Positions 1 to 19,146 of a DNA stretch of 64,000 nt are shown here, one piece after another. A program made the translations under genes and the position numbers. The stretch is from NCBI GenBank assembly GCA_013239625.1, contig MU054925.1, positions 1,558,829 through 1,622,828 on the forward strand, read 5' to 3'. The first letter of the stretch is position 1; every line of letters begins with the position of its first letter. This DNA is from Lama guanicoe. Its lineage: Eukaryota. The notes under the pieces were generated by a model. The model was not told where the DNA came from. It did not search any database and was given only the letters and a program-made list of their open reading frames with translations.

Positions 1-3000
1 GGGCGCACCAGCTTCAGTTGAACCTTGATGAAGCCTGTGTAGGAGCCATCCTTGTTCTAAAGAGGAGAAACCGAAACATGACTAGGTTCCAGGTGCGATG
101 GAACAGATCTGAGTACTACCAGTCCACTTAGGGCTAGGCTGGGTGTGAATAAATCACTGTTTGGGCCCACACAGGAACACCTCAGCTGTGACCCTTTGCA
201 CACCAGGCACACAGCTGGGTTCCTGCCTCTCTCCAAAACAAGCTATCAACTCACCAGGCTCATGAACAGGTTGCTGTTGATCTGGCCATTGTACTCTTTG
301 ATCTTCTGCTCAATCTCAGCCTGAGAAAGGTCAGGAGTCTCCCACTCCACAGGCTCATCCTGAAAGATGGACCAGCATGGACACAGGACCCTTAAGGAAT
401 TCATTCCTCTGCAATGTGTGTCACAGGCAAGGAGGGGAGCCCTGGGTGGACCACCTATGAGCAGCCTTTGGAAACTGTTAACAAAGTTCAAGTCCTGATG
501 AGAAGAATCCATCACTGCTCCTGGTTCTGCATGCTATGGGTGGACACAGCCAAGGCAGAATCATTCGGCTTCTCTCTGCCGCCTGCCTGAATCCTCCTCA
601 ACATTGGGGAAGGCCCTAAGGATACCTTGAAACCAAGGAAACTCAAAGCTTGAGGCCAGGGACCAGGAAAAGATCTAGGAATCTGAGGGACAGCTTGATC
701 CCAGCATGCAAGTCAGGTGGGGTCAAGGTGTGTCCTGGAGAAGGCAGTGCACTTTGCCACTCTGCCTTGGCCATAACCCACTGCAGGGTGAGAAGTATGG
801 GTAGTGGTGCACACCAGGAACCCAGCTACTAGCGGGCAGGAGGGGAAGGGCAATCTCTGCAATGTTAACACTCCTGATGGGAGACCTGGGGCCAGCCCTG
901 TGTTCCTCAGACATAGCGAGGAAACCACTGTGACATGCCATTTGATCTTGACCCAAGTTGCATAAAAAACAGCTTCAGGCCAGGCTCCAAACTGCCCGAG
1001 GTGCATGGTAGAGCCTTCTGGTAGAGCCTGTCCCACAAGTGCCAAATAAGTAGACTTTTGGAACTCTTCCCTGCTGTCTAGAGTTAGTTTGTTTTTTGTT
1101 TTGGGGGGGGGGGTAATTAGGCTTATTTATTTATTTTAATTAAGGAGGTATAGGGGACTGAACCCAGGACCTCATGCATGCTAACCATGTGCTCTACCAC
1201 TGAACTATACCCTCCCTCTCAATCCCCGGTCTAGAGGTGTAACCCAAAGACTTTAGCTCCACCATTCAGCCCTTCTCCTTTTCCTCCAGGGACTGGATTC
1301 TTGTCGGAAGGGTGGAGTATGGCCCAGGGCAGCCAGGGCTCTGAATTAACTTCCTTCTGCCAAACTCCCTTGGTCCTGTTGCATCAGCCTTACTTCCTGT
1401 TGACGTCAGATAGATCCTAGTAGGTATGAATGTCACAGATACAGCTGAGATCACCACTGACCAATGCCTTGTTCCAGGGGAGTTCCCACCAGAATGTCTC
1501 CTGCAGTATAACCTTAAACTTGTGCTCAGCTCAGCCCAGGGCAGCCAGGCTTTTCCCTGACTACTACCTTGGAGCCCCCTAAGCTTAAACCATCTGATGG
1601 GGACAAATAAGAAGGACAGATGAAGGGTCAGGTAGAGTCCACAGCGTTTTAGCAGTATGCTCTTCACCTTGAACCTGATGCTGCTCAGCAGCCAGCAAGT
1701 GCGTGGTGCTGAGGATTGAGGCTGGGGAAGGGGTGGAAATTGAAGCCTATGTGCTTCCCCAAGCTTCCAAAGGTCTCCTAGACGGAAAAGAGCACTGAGA
1801 AGTGAAAACTCCAGCAGAAAGTTTGTTGGAGACAGAGGGAAATCCTGCAGGACTAGTAAGAACAATGATGTGGGCTCTGGAAAGTGAGGAATCTGGGGGG
1901 TAAAACGAAGGCTGCAGGCTGGGAATAAAGGATAAATGTATTTGTTCAGGCCCAAGGAGAGGGACAGGAAGGAGTGACCCCGCGGGAAGAAATGCCAAGA
2001 TGGGAGGGGTGCTAGGAGGAAAGCTGAGCAGACTAGAGCTGGAGCAAGAAGGAAGAGAATTCTATTTACAGAACAGGGTGATCAAAGGCATGGCACTAAC
2101 TTATTCTCCTTCCCTAGGATGACTCTAAGCTCTACCTGGGTCCTTCCTCTTCCCTGTTCAGGTTATCCAGGAGCCCTGAACTGGGATGAAGTGACCTCAG
2201 TTCCAGCCCCTTCCTTCTCCAGGTCAACCTTCCTCAGTATCTTTACTCATAAAACAAGGGACTTGGACTGGAGACACTGCACTATCCTGTCAGGATTCTA
2301 GAGGAGTAAGTTTTTTTCTGTTTCTAAAGCTGACTGCTAGAGGAGGATTCCAACAGCGGTCCCAGAGGGATACACAACGGGACCATGGAATTTCCCTTCT
2401 CTTGTACTACAGTCACCCCCCTCTACTCTGCCACTGTCCACAGTGACTGGTGGTTTTTATGTACAGCTTGGAACTCCCCAGCCTCGTTTTCAATTGGTCA
2501 GTGTCTTGTGGTTTTCTCACTTTTCCACAATGGAAAATGGCTCAGGCCTGAGTGACAGAGACAGTTCCAGGGATCAACATTCAAACCTTGCACCCAAACT
2601 CTGGAGTGAGATCTTGAGGTATAAAATTTTCACTGAAGAATTATCCACAACTCTCTTTTCTTGGCTTATGCAAGGAATTCTGTCCCACTGCTGCCAGATA
2701 TACTGAACTTCACATCATGGTCCCCATCCTTTTCCTGATGCCCTGGCCAGGGTGCTCCTCTGAGGTGTACCAGCTCCAGAACAGTTATTTGAGCCTGGTG
2801 GTCACAGTCATGGCACACAGCACAGAAGTCTTTGATAATGGGGACACCTGGGAGACTCTGAGACCTACAGCTGCTCTAGTGCCATACCTTATGGTATTGC
2901 ATTAGTAACCCCTCTCTTGACCTCTCTCAGGGCATTTTACAATCTAGCCTTCCCCACCTCTTGTAGACAAAGTGCTCCTGGATGCTTACAGTCCAAAACA

Positions 3001-6000
3001 AGGCTTCCTTCCCATCCACTCCCAAATCCCCTTTCTCCAGGTCCGCTCTAATTTTAGTATATGTGTTGCCCAAGCCAGCATTCCAGTTTCCCTCAGGGTG
3101 GGGGTCGGGGGAATCGGGATCAGAATCTTCTCCATTCCAGCAGCTGGTGACAGGCCAGGACCGGCAAGAGGTGAGGACACAGCTGGCTCCATTCAGGAGT
3201 GCATACGGAGGGGCCCGGACCTTCCTTTGCCTCTCTCCTAAACACACTTCTGTATTCCGGGCTAGAACTCCTCCCGCTCCACTTCCTCCTGGTCCCCCAG
3301 AGTGGGGGCTGGGAGCACCCACACGCGGAAATCGAGGTGTTACTCCAGACTGCGCAGTCAGCCTTAGTAATAGGTGAATAATGCCCTGGTCTACCCCAAG
3401 CCACTGAGCTGCTTCCCCTAGTTCAGCCGGTCTGTGACAGAAACTGAAAGGCCTCAGCAGCCAGTACCCACGCGCTGAAAACCCAACACACGGTTCCGAG
3501 GACTGGCCCGGGTTGGGTCCAGGATCCACGCTGACGGGAGAGCGGGGTTGCTTACAAACTCTCGACGCCGAAACTTACCAGGGAGGGGCGGGGTCCCAGC
3601 GACCGCCCCTAGCCTGCCTCCCGCAATCCCCGGCCCCCACCTGGTCCCGGCGCGGCCTGCGTGCCAGCGAGGTACGCGCGGTGAAGTACTGCTCGAGCTC
3701 TGAGTCGGAGTCCTCCTGGCTGCAGTAGCCACTGCTTGTTGTGCTGCTCCAGGTCATCTCGAAAGAAGGCGTCCCCGCGTCTGCCTCGCCCATCGCCGCG
3801 CCCGCCTGCCCGCCAGCTCCGCGAGTCCCGCGCGCGCGTAGCCTCCAACCACCGCCCCAGGCGCATATGCGCGTGCGCGCGCGTGTAAGTGTACGCGAAC
3901 GCCGGAACCAGTGTCCGCGCCGCAACCGTTAACACTGAAATGTAGACAGCCAGGATCTAGCTCTTGTCTCATTGGAGGAGGAATGTCGAAGGGCGGGGTC
4001 ACACGCACGTCTCTCCTCAAGGAATGATCTCATAGCTCAGGCAGCTCAGCTTGGCTCCGCCTCGCGGGCCCCACCTCCCACGGGGAACAAGGCGCAACGT
4101 GTGCGCATGTGCACCACCGTGGCCCCAAGACAGGATGTTATAAGGTGCGAAAATTGCGCTTGCGCGGAGCCTGGGTGGCTCTGGGCAGTCCGCGCAGTCA
4201 GTACCCCAAGCACCCCTTCGAGCCCGCGGGCAGAATTAGCCATTCTCTGTCGCGGGAAAGTCGGCTATAAGAACGTTTATTGCGCGTAACGCCAAGCGGC
4301 CATAGGGAACGCCTGCAAAGTGGCCCGCTCGTCTGCGCGTCCCTGCCTTGCCCGTAAGCTCCCAGGTCCCGCGCTCACCACGTTCGTGTCCCTCTCCAGC
4401 GCAGGTTCCCATCCCAGGTCCCGGGGCCCGCAGCAGTCTAGGCAGACGAGCGCGCGGCAACGGTAGTGGCAGGTGAACTTGCAATCTGCGGAGAAGCCTG
4501 GCTGTGAGGCGGAGGAACCCCGGGGACAGCGGGGAAGAAACGGAAAAGCGTCCCGGGGACAGAATAGCCCAGGGGTGAAGGCCATTGCCCGTAGTGCTCT
4601 GCATGACCGGTCTTATCTCAGGCCCCGTTACCGCCCACCGCTACACAGATTTTAGTGTTGGTACACCCCCCCACGCCCCGCCACCGGCGTCTGCAAACTG
4701 GCGAGAAGGCTTCAGGCGGTTAGGGATCCAAGCCTGCTAAACAGTTGGATTTCTGGAGTCGAGGGCAGAACTTTCCCCTTCCTCTTTATCAGCGCCCCTC
4801 CCTCCGCCCATTTACTTGAAGGGGAAAAAAAAAAACCTTGTAACCCAATGCCCCGCTCTAGTTGTTATTTGTCTCTACTCCTCTCACACCAGAAACTTAC
4901 CTCTCAGTCCCTCGCCTTCACCCTCTACCCATTCCAATCAGGCCTGCCCCTCCCTCCAGGAGACTGCCCTGGTCAGGGTCCTCAGCGACCTGCCCACTGC
5001 CAAATCCGGTCTTTCTCCATCTTCACTTCCTCAGCATCATCTGATGCTTGTTCCTCTTGGTTCCTGGGGGGCCCCTTCTACCCTGGTCTTCCTCCCACCT
5101 CCCTGCAGCTCCTGCTCAGCTCCTTTAGTTCTGTTTCAACGTCCACGTCTAATGGTGGTGTCTCTGAGGCTCAGTCCTGATTGCCTCCCTGCTCTGTGTA
5201 CACTGACCTACCCCTGATCCAAGGCTTTCATCACTGACCTCTTCCCTCAGATCAAATCCTGTGTATTAGTATCTTCGTTTGGATGTCTAGTAGACATTTC
5301 AACTCAACATGGCCAAAATTTAACTCACTTTCTTACCCTTTTAAACTTAGTTTTCCTCACCCCTACCCTTGCCAGAGTTCCTTATCTCAGCAAAAATCGC
5401 TACTGTTCTCCATAAAGTTCCTAAATTAACCAGAGCATTGATTCTCAACACAGGCTGCACAGAATAATCTGTTTATAAAAATTACTCATACACTCCCAGT
5501 GATTGATTCAACAGGTGTGAGTTAGGGTATAAGCATGGGGGAGTTGGAGGGCTGTAAAAGCATCCCAAGTAATTCTAGCTGGTGTATAGCCAGTGGAAGA
5601 TCAACTACTGCTTGCTGGTGATTCCTGGGAGGGTAGTGGCTGTGTTCATCTTTTAGCACCTGGTTGACTGAACCTACAGTAGGTATTTACTAAATGAAGA
5701 CGCAACAAAACTGCTTGCAGTAGGCCCACCCAAGGTTCTAACTTTTCCATGCCTTCTCCCATAGGTGGGTAAATTCCCTTCATCTCAGGGTTTCTGGAGG
5801 GGGACTTGGGGAGTGAATCTTTGGGAAGGGGCAGGTGTGGGAATACGAACTCAGGGACTGGGTGGCACAAAGACTTTCTCAAGAAGGGCCAACACACTCT
5901 TTAAACTTGAAATTAAGCACCTGTTATTCACAGGTAACTGCCTCTGCCTAACTATGTCTCAAACGCAGGGGGGGCTTGACAAGCTTATAAACCATCTGCT

Positions 6001-6402
6001 CGAACTCTCTTCTGCTATGGGGCAAAGATAACTGTCCTGGTCCACAGGGACCGTCCCTGTCAAACCCCCTCCGTCGCAACTTGGCCCACAGCGAAGGTGC
6101 TGCCCCTTGGCCACCCGTTTCGCTCTCGCCAGCGCAAGGGACCGCTACTCACGTGCGCACTGCAGGCCCTTGCGCACGACGCCCCAGATGAAGTCTCCAC
6201 AGAGGTCGCACCACGTGTGCGTGGCGGGCCCCGCAGGCTGGAAGCGGTGGCCGCGGCCCGGGACCAGCTGCCTTGCGGGGTTGCGCGCTGTGCCCGGTGC
6301 GATGCGCAGCGCGTTGGCACGCTCCAGCCGGGTACGGCCCGGGGTGGCGCACCGCGCGGGTGCCAGTTCCCGCAGCTCAATGAGCTCAGGTTCAGCGGAC
6401 AT
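1..6402 (-). CDS. RASSF1: RASSF1 isoform A, 5' part (3' exons continue beyond window start)
   Basis: Exons 6153-6402 (MSAEPELIELREL...HTWCDLCGDFIWGVVRKGLQCA, C1 domain), 4379-4485 (HCKFTCHYRCRALVCLDC...), 255-359 (DEPVEWETPDLSQAE, the ATM-site motif) and 1-56 (NKDGSYTGFIKVQLKLVRP, truncated by window). All junctions are GT-AG with consistent phases. Confidence 0.97.
1084..1228 (-). mobile_element. tRNA-Ala-derived SINE (camelid vic-1-like)
   Basis: Minus strand reads GGGAGGGTATAGTTCAGTGGTAGAGCAC...GGGTTCAGTCCCC (A/B boxes) with an AT-rich tail. Possible TSD GTCTAGAG at 1076-1083 and 1229-1236. Confidence 0.8.
3450..4720. promoter_or_regulatory. CpG island / RASSF1C promoter
   Basis: Dense CpG around the RASSF1C first exon and RASSF1A exon 2; GC boxes and NRF1-like GCGCATATGCGC and TGCGCATGTGCA. 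Boundaries approximate. Confidence 0.8.
3641..3793 (-). CDS. RASSF1: RASSF1C-specific first coding exon (2-gamma), splices to 255-359
   Basis: MGEADAGTPSFEMTWSSTTSSGYCSQEDSDSELEQYFTARTSLARRPRRDQ, 153 nt, phase-0 GT donor at 3640-3639, inside a CpG island. Confidence 0.95.
4930..5420. mobile_element. Degenerate L2 LINE fragment
   Basis: L2-like motifs GACCTGCCCACTGCCAAATCC and GGATGTCTAGTAGACATTTCAACTCAACATGGCCAAA. Boundaries approximate. Confidence 0.55.
5432..5610. mobile_element. Degenerate MER5-like DNA transposon
   Basis: GATTCTCAAC..GGCTGCAC...AGCATCCCAAGTAATTCT...AACTACTG resembles MER5A/B. Recognised by eye only. Confidence 0.5.
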
Positions 6403-6870
6403 GGCCCGGTCGGGCCGGGTCTCGGGCCGGCTCTGGGCGCGAGCGAGCGCGGGGCAGGCGGGGCTGCGGGGCGGTCCCCGATGCGGCGCCGCCCCCGGAC
6501 TCAGGCAGAGCGGCTGGAGAGAGCCGAGGGGAGCGGCGCAATGGAAACCTGGGCGCCTGGGCTGTGTCGGCCCGCAGGCGGAGTGGGGCGGCGAGGCGCT
6601 GCTCTCGCGGAGTCCCCGCCCTCCATTTCCTATCCTCCCTTCATCCCGCCAGCAACTCCCCTCCCCCTGACGACGAAGACAACGACGACGACCGCAAAGG
6701 GCCACGCGGAAACAGTCGTGTTTCTGGAAGCCAGCTTTACTTTACTGTACTAGAGGAAGAGGGTCCCCACATCCGGCCCTCGGCCCTCGCCCCCCGCCCA
6801 GGCCGCCTGCCCTAGCTTGCTGAGGCTGCGTCCTAAGCCTACCCGCCGGGTGGGGCAGGAAGCGGGGAGT
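6060..6870. promoter_or_regulatory. CpG island / RASSF1A promoter
   Basis: Dense CpG spanning exon 1-alpha and upstream, with several GGGGCGG boxes. Boundaries approximate. Confidence 0.85.
6736..6746 (-). terminator. Probable ZMYND10 polyadenylation signal (overlapping AGTAAA x2)
   Basis: Plus-strand TTTACTTTACT reads AGTAAAGTAAA on minus, about 285 nt after the ZMYND10 stop. No AATAAA seen between the stop and RASSF1A. Confidence 0.55.
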
Positions 6871-7029
6871 GCTTTGCTGGGGAAGATGGGTCAGCAGCTC
6901 TACCCGCCTGCTGTGTTCACCACCTGGGAGACTGGGGCGCTTGCAGAGGCCAGGCTGAGATCCAGAGGTTCAGGGCACACTCTAGTAGGTTGTATAGCAT
7001 GGGTGGTTGGCCCTCAGCAGCTGCAGCCG

Positions 7030-11230
<4,201 letters not shown>

Positions 11231-11788
11231 GCTCCACCTTGTTGGCTCCACTCGCGAAATACTGCTCAGGGCTCACAACTTCTCTTCATCCTATTCCAGG
11301 CTGCCATTACCTCTCATGAGGTAACTACCGTGGCCTTGACTTTGCTGAGTAGCAGAAGTCTTTAAAGGTGTATGTGAGACATTACTCCCTCGCATGAGGG
11401 TGAATCTGGCTGCCTCTGGCCCTCAAAATCAAAATACTGTGTCCAAAGCAGCTTACCGGCAACTCTGCAGTATCAGGCTCTTGCACCTTCTCCTACCTCA
11501 GGACTTCGTTTCTTGCCCCACTCCCACTTGACTCCTAAGTTCCAGCCCCATGGGCCTCCCTTGGCTTCCACATACATCCCAAGGAGCCTTTTGCTTCAGG
11601 GCTTTTTCGCTTGTTACTTTTGCCTGGAATACTCCTTCTCCTTCAGGGTTCAGTTTAAGTCAGCTCAGCTAGGCCTTCCTTGCCCATCTAATCCAGAGCA
11701 GCCATCCCAACTCACTCTTCATCACAGCTTCCTGATTGTTTCTTTCAGTTTGTAATTAGCTGGCACTTTTACTTGTCCATTGTCGGTC

Positions 11789-11808
11789 CTGCCCACCAGA
11801 TGGCGCCC
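11789..11808 (+). promoter_or_regulatory. CTCF motif
   Basis: CTGCCCACCAGATGGCGCCC matches the CTCF core CCASYAGRKGGCRS. Confidence 0.65.
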
Positions 11809-11904
11809 CAGGACGCCAGGACTATGGCTATTCCATTCCCGAAGGTTCTCTCCGGTGGCTGGCTCAGAGGCAGTACTCAATAAAGGTAGGTTGAAATGGA
11901 TGAC

Positions 11905-11910
11905 TTTATT
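11905..11910 (-). terminator. NPRL2 polyadenylation signal AATAAA
   Basis: Plus-strand TTTATT about 125 nt past the NPRL2 stop. Confidence 0.75.
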
Positions 11911-12035
11911 TACAGAAGTGTGCATCAACCTTAAGGCAGTATGGGCTAGTTTGCTGGTCTAGCCCTCACGCACCAGGCAGGGCTTAGCAGGAGACAGCAG
12001 TCACAGCTGTGTGCCTGGGCCAGCCCTCACCAGCC

Positions 12036-15067
<3,032 letters not shown>

Positions 15068-15827
15068 GGCGTTAATGGGGCCCGGGACCGTGGCTGGCAC
15101 CTCTATGTCTGGGAGCACCTGTCAGAAGCAGCCCTGAAGCCTGGGACACCGGGTCAAGCACGCCTGCGCACTGACAGAGCCAACACACCGTCCGCTCAAC
15201 AGCGCCTGCGCACCGCGACTCAGCCGTGTGGCTGTGGGGGACTGTTCCAGGAAGTCCCGGGTGGGTAGGCGCTCGGACCCGGAAGTTAAGCTGCTCCGCG
15301 ACGGAGCGGTAGCGCCCGCGGCAGAGCCCCGAAAATCCCACTTTCTCGGAAGAAATCACCGCGTCGGGTCGGCCCTGCGGGTGAGGCAGGCGAATCCCTA
15401 GCATGTAAGGGCAGCGTGCCAGAGGCACTTGGGGTGGCTGTGCGCGAAGGGATTCAGGCTGTAATTTCGACGCAACTGGGAACTACAATTCCCGTGGTGC
15501 TTCATACCCTTCCAGCAAGCGCTCCCGCCCGGCGACGGCGTGGTGCATGCTGGGATTTGTAGTCTATTACACGGCCTTGCGCATCCTACCTGGAAGGTGG
15601 GCCAGTGACCAGTGTCAATTCAGAAGCGTGCACACTCTGACAGGCCACCAGTCTCAACTATTCCTGGTGCCTAGCTTAGTACTGTTCCTTCATATCTTAA
15701 CTTCTTGGAAGAGAGTGGCATTCCTGCCCTGCAACTCTTGCTCCAGTGAGAGGAGTGGACAGTGGGCACCAGAGGCCCTTGCTCACTCTACTATGCTTTC
15801 AGGCTACAGCCACCGGCCTGGCTGACC

Positions 15828-17666
15828 ATGGCTCTTTCTGTGGAGACTGAATCGCACATATACCGAGCTCTGCGCACTGCCTCTGGGGCTGCTGCCCACC
15901 TTGTGGCCCTAGGCTTCACCATCTTTGTGGCTGTACTTGCCAGGCCTGGCTCCAGTAAGTAGAATTCATAGTTGACTTATGGGAAGGAAAGTGCCACTTC
16001 TTCTGGGGAGCAGGGGCAATAGGAAGCCTTGGGTCTGACTCCTGGGAAAGGCCTGGCTGGCAGAGGGACATGCTATGCTGGAGGGGTAAGTGGGGTGGAG
16101 TAGGTAAGTGTGGAAGCTGGGCCAGCTTGGCCAGGTCCCACAGAGTACCTGGCTGCTCTTGTCTTGTGCTCCACTTGGCTGCCTCCTGGAAAGTGCAGGG
16201 GGAAGGAGGGAGGACTGCTAGAGGAGTGGGAAAGCATAGCCTCTGATCTAGGGAGGGACCAGGAAGAGAGGGTATGCTTGGGGTCAGCTTGTTGCAGCAA
16301 GAGGGGACTTGAATTTTGGCAGCACCTCCTTGGGTGATCGGCTGCTCATTTTCCTCAGCCTGTGGCGATTGGTGTGGCTGGGTTCTTCTTGCTTCAGCCT
16401 CAAAGCCTTCTCTTCTCATTCCAGGTCTCTTCTCCTGGCACCCGGTGCTTATGTCCCTGGCTGTAAGTAATGGGCCTGGCCTGCTCTTATGGGTGGGACG
16501 GAGTATAGCTATGGGTGGTGGTCTTGGTGACTTCTAAATCTTTATGAACACTTAGTATCTGTTTGGAGGGACGGGATGTGGGGCTGGAGGAGCTGCATGC
16601 TCCAACTCCTGCCCATGGTATATGTCCCAGACTTGAACCAGAGTATTCAAGATGCAGGGCAAATGGGTTTATCTAAGCACAAAATGAAGCTTCACCCACC
16701 TCCAGGCAGGACGCTTAGAATATGCATTTGGGTGTACCTGTGTTCCTTTTCACCTTAATTTATAGTGACACATCTAATTTTCCCTGAAACAGTGCACCTG
16801 TATGGCCAGCGCTTGCCAAGAAACTGTATCCAGCTCTATGACAGGAAAAGAAAGCTTGTGAATCATTTATAACTGCCACATCTCGAACCTTGTGTTTGCT
16901 GAGTAACACAGCAGAGATGACATTTCAGAATAGCACCTAGGAAGAAGTGTGGAGTGGTACCTCTTGCTTGTTACTCAGGGCAGATATTCTGTCCCAGATA
17001 GAGTTCTCCACTCTTGTCTCACCAAATAGACACTCTTATCAGTGGGGAGAGAATGAAGGGGAATCTGCCCAGACTGGCTGGCAGCTTAGATTGTATCTCA
17101 AGCTCTCTTCCCCATTCTGCTGGGCAGCAGTCTTACTTAGTGTTCCATCCCTGTCTCCCCAGTTCTCTTTCCTGATGACCGAGGCACTGCTGGTGTTCTC
17201 TCCTGAGAGTTCGCTGCTGCGCTCCCTCTCGCGGAAGGGCCGAGCTCGCTGCCACTGGGTACTGCAGCTGCTGGCCCTGTTGTGTGCATTGATGGGCCTG
17301 GGCCTTGTCATCCTCCACAAGGAACAGCTTGGCAAAGCCCACTTGGCCACGTGGCACGGGCGGGCAGGGCTGCTAGCTGTGCTGTGGGCAGGGCTGCAGT
17401 GCTCAGGTGGGGTGGGGCTGCTCTACCCCAAACTGCTGCCCCGATGGCCCCTGGCCAAGCTCAAGCTGTACCATGCCACTTCTGGGCTGGTGGGCTACCT
17501 TCTGGGTAGTGCCAGCCTCTTATTGGGCATGTGCTCACTCTGGTTCACTGCCACAGTCACCGGTGGGGTCTGGTACCTGGCTGTGCTATGCCCTGTCATC
17601 ACCAGCTTGGTCATCATGAACCAGGTGAGCAACGCCTACCTGTACCGCAAAAGGATCCAGCCTTGA
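15828..17666 (+). CDS. CYB561D2: Cytochrome b561 family member D2 (101F6), 222 aa
   Basis: Coding exons 15828-15954, 16425-16462, 17163-17666 = 669 nt. [16 protein letters not shown] start, heme His motifs WHP, RCHW, TWHG, LYHA, ends RKRIQP*. Probable non-coding exon 1 ending at 15380 (GTGAG donor); exon 2 acceptor at 15802. Confidence 0.96.
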
Positions 17667-17955
17667 GCCTCTTCCCAGCCTAGGGGAAGCCTGGATTTGC
17701 CCCTCAGTCTAGGAGCTGGGGCTGGGACCTCCTGGACTCTCTCAGCTGACTTGGTCATGGGACACCTCAGGGGTAGCTGGAGTCCTGTGTGTGACATTTG
17801 TGCTTGCTCCTCCTGCTGGAGTGCTCCCCTTTCTTTCTTTCTCTACCATCCCAGAGAAGTTTATGGATCATGTGTCTAGATGAAGTTGGGCTTGCAAGAC
17901 TGCCCCCTCAGCAACTCAACTTGTGCTGGTATGTCCAGAAATTACAGAAGAGATA

Positions 17956-19146
17956 AAAAGTAAAATAATAAAAAAAAAAAGACTGAAAAGACTGGATGGG
18001 AGGAGTAACCCAGAGCTGGGAATAGTTCTTGCGAATGCTATCAGCATGAAAAAGTGGACAGCTGGGCAAGATGGGGACCTGTTCACTGAGGGGCTAAAGC
18101 TTTCCTGGCACACTAGCCCCAGAATCTGGCTGCCGGGCATCCCATGTCACCCAGGGCCCTAGCAGGTCCTATGGCTGTAGCTGTGAATGGTGCAGCTGTG
18201 TGTCCTTTCAGCCTCCCAGCTGTGCTGGTTTCCAGACTGTGGTGGTCAGATCTGGACAATGACAGGATGGGAGCTGGGGATGGGCTGCCTCCATAGGTGT
18301 CAAGCACCGAGCACTCTGTCTTGGCGGTGAGCCATGGATGAGAACAACTCCCTGTGATAGAGAGGCTCTTAATCATCAGATCCTCCAGGCCGGGCCTCCC
18401 TGACTGGGTACTGCAGGGAGAGAGAAAATAAGTAAGGGTGCAGCTCTCGGAAGGCTGCTTGACAGTGGATATGTGGTGGCGGGGAGGGGAGTGTGCTGGG
18501 GGAAGGAGAGTGAGGGCAATGATTTTTTCAATCCAGCTGGAGGAGCCTTGAAAAGTAAAAAAAAAAAAAAAAAAAAGACTGAAAAGACTGGATGGGAGGA
18601 GTAACCCAGAGCTGGGAATAGTTCTTGCGAATGCTATCAGCATGAAAAAGTGGACAGCTGGGCAAGATGGGGACCTGTTCACTGAGGGGCTAAAGCTTTC
18701 CTGGCACACTAGCCCCAGAATCTGGCTGCCGGGCATCCCATGTCACCCAGGGCCCTAGCAGGTCCTATGGCTGTAGCTGTGAATGGTGCAGCTGTGTGTC
18801 CTTTCAGCCTCCCAGCTGTGCTGGTTTCCAGACTGTGGTGGTCAGATCTGGACAATGACAGGATGGGAGCTGGGGATGGGCTGCCTCCATAGGTGTCAAG
18901 CACCGAGCACTCTGTCTTGGCGGTGAGCCATGGATGAGAACAACTCCCTGTGATAGAGAGGCTCTTAATCATCAGATCCTCCAGGCCGGGCCTCCCTGAC
19001 TGGGTACTGCAGGGAGAGAGAAAATAAGTAAGGGTGCAGCTCTCGGAAGGCTGCTTGACAGTGGATATGTGGTGGCGGGGAGGGGAGTGTGCTGGGGGAA
19101 GGAGAGTGAGGGCAATGATTTTTTCAATCCAGCTGGAGGAGCCTTG
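17956..19146. repeat. ~596-bp direct tandem duplication (17956-18550 / 18551-19146)
   Basis: The copies look identical at offset 596 except in the leading A-tract. The ORF track shows the same peptide twice. Confidence 0.95.
17967..17972 (+). terminator. CYB561D2 polyadenylation signal AATAAA
   Basis: AATAAA about 300 nt after the stop, inside an A-rich tract. Confidence 0.6.

Noticed and set aside
6403-6705. 101-codon in-frame N-terminal extension of RASSF1A from a GTG
   Set aside because: Open frames are expected in very GC-rich DNA, and the start probably lies upstream of the TSS.
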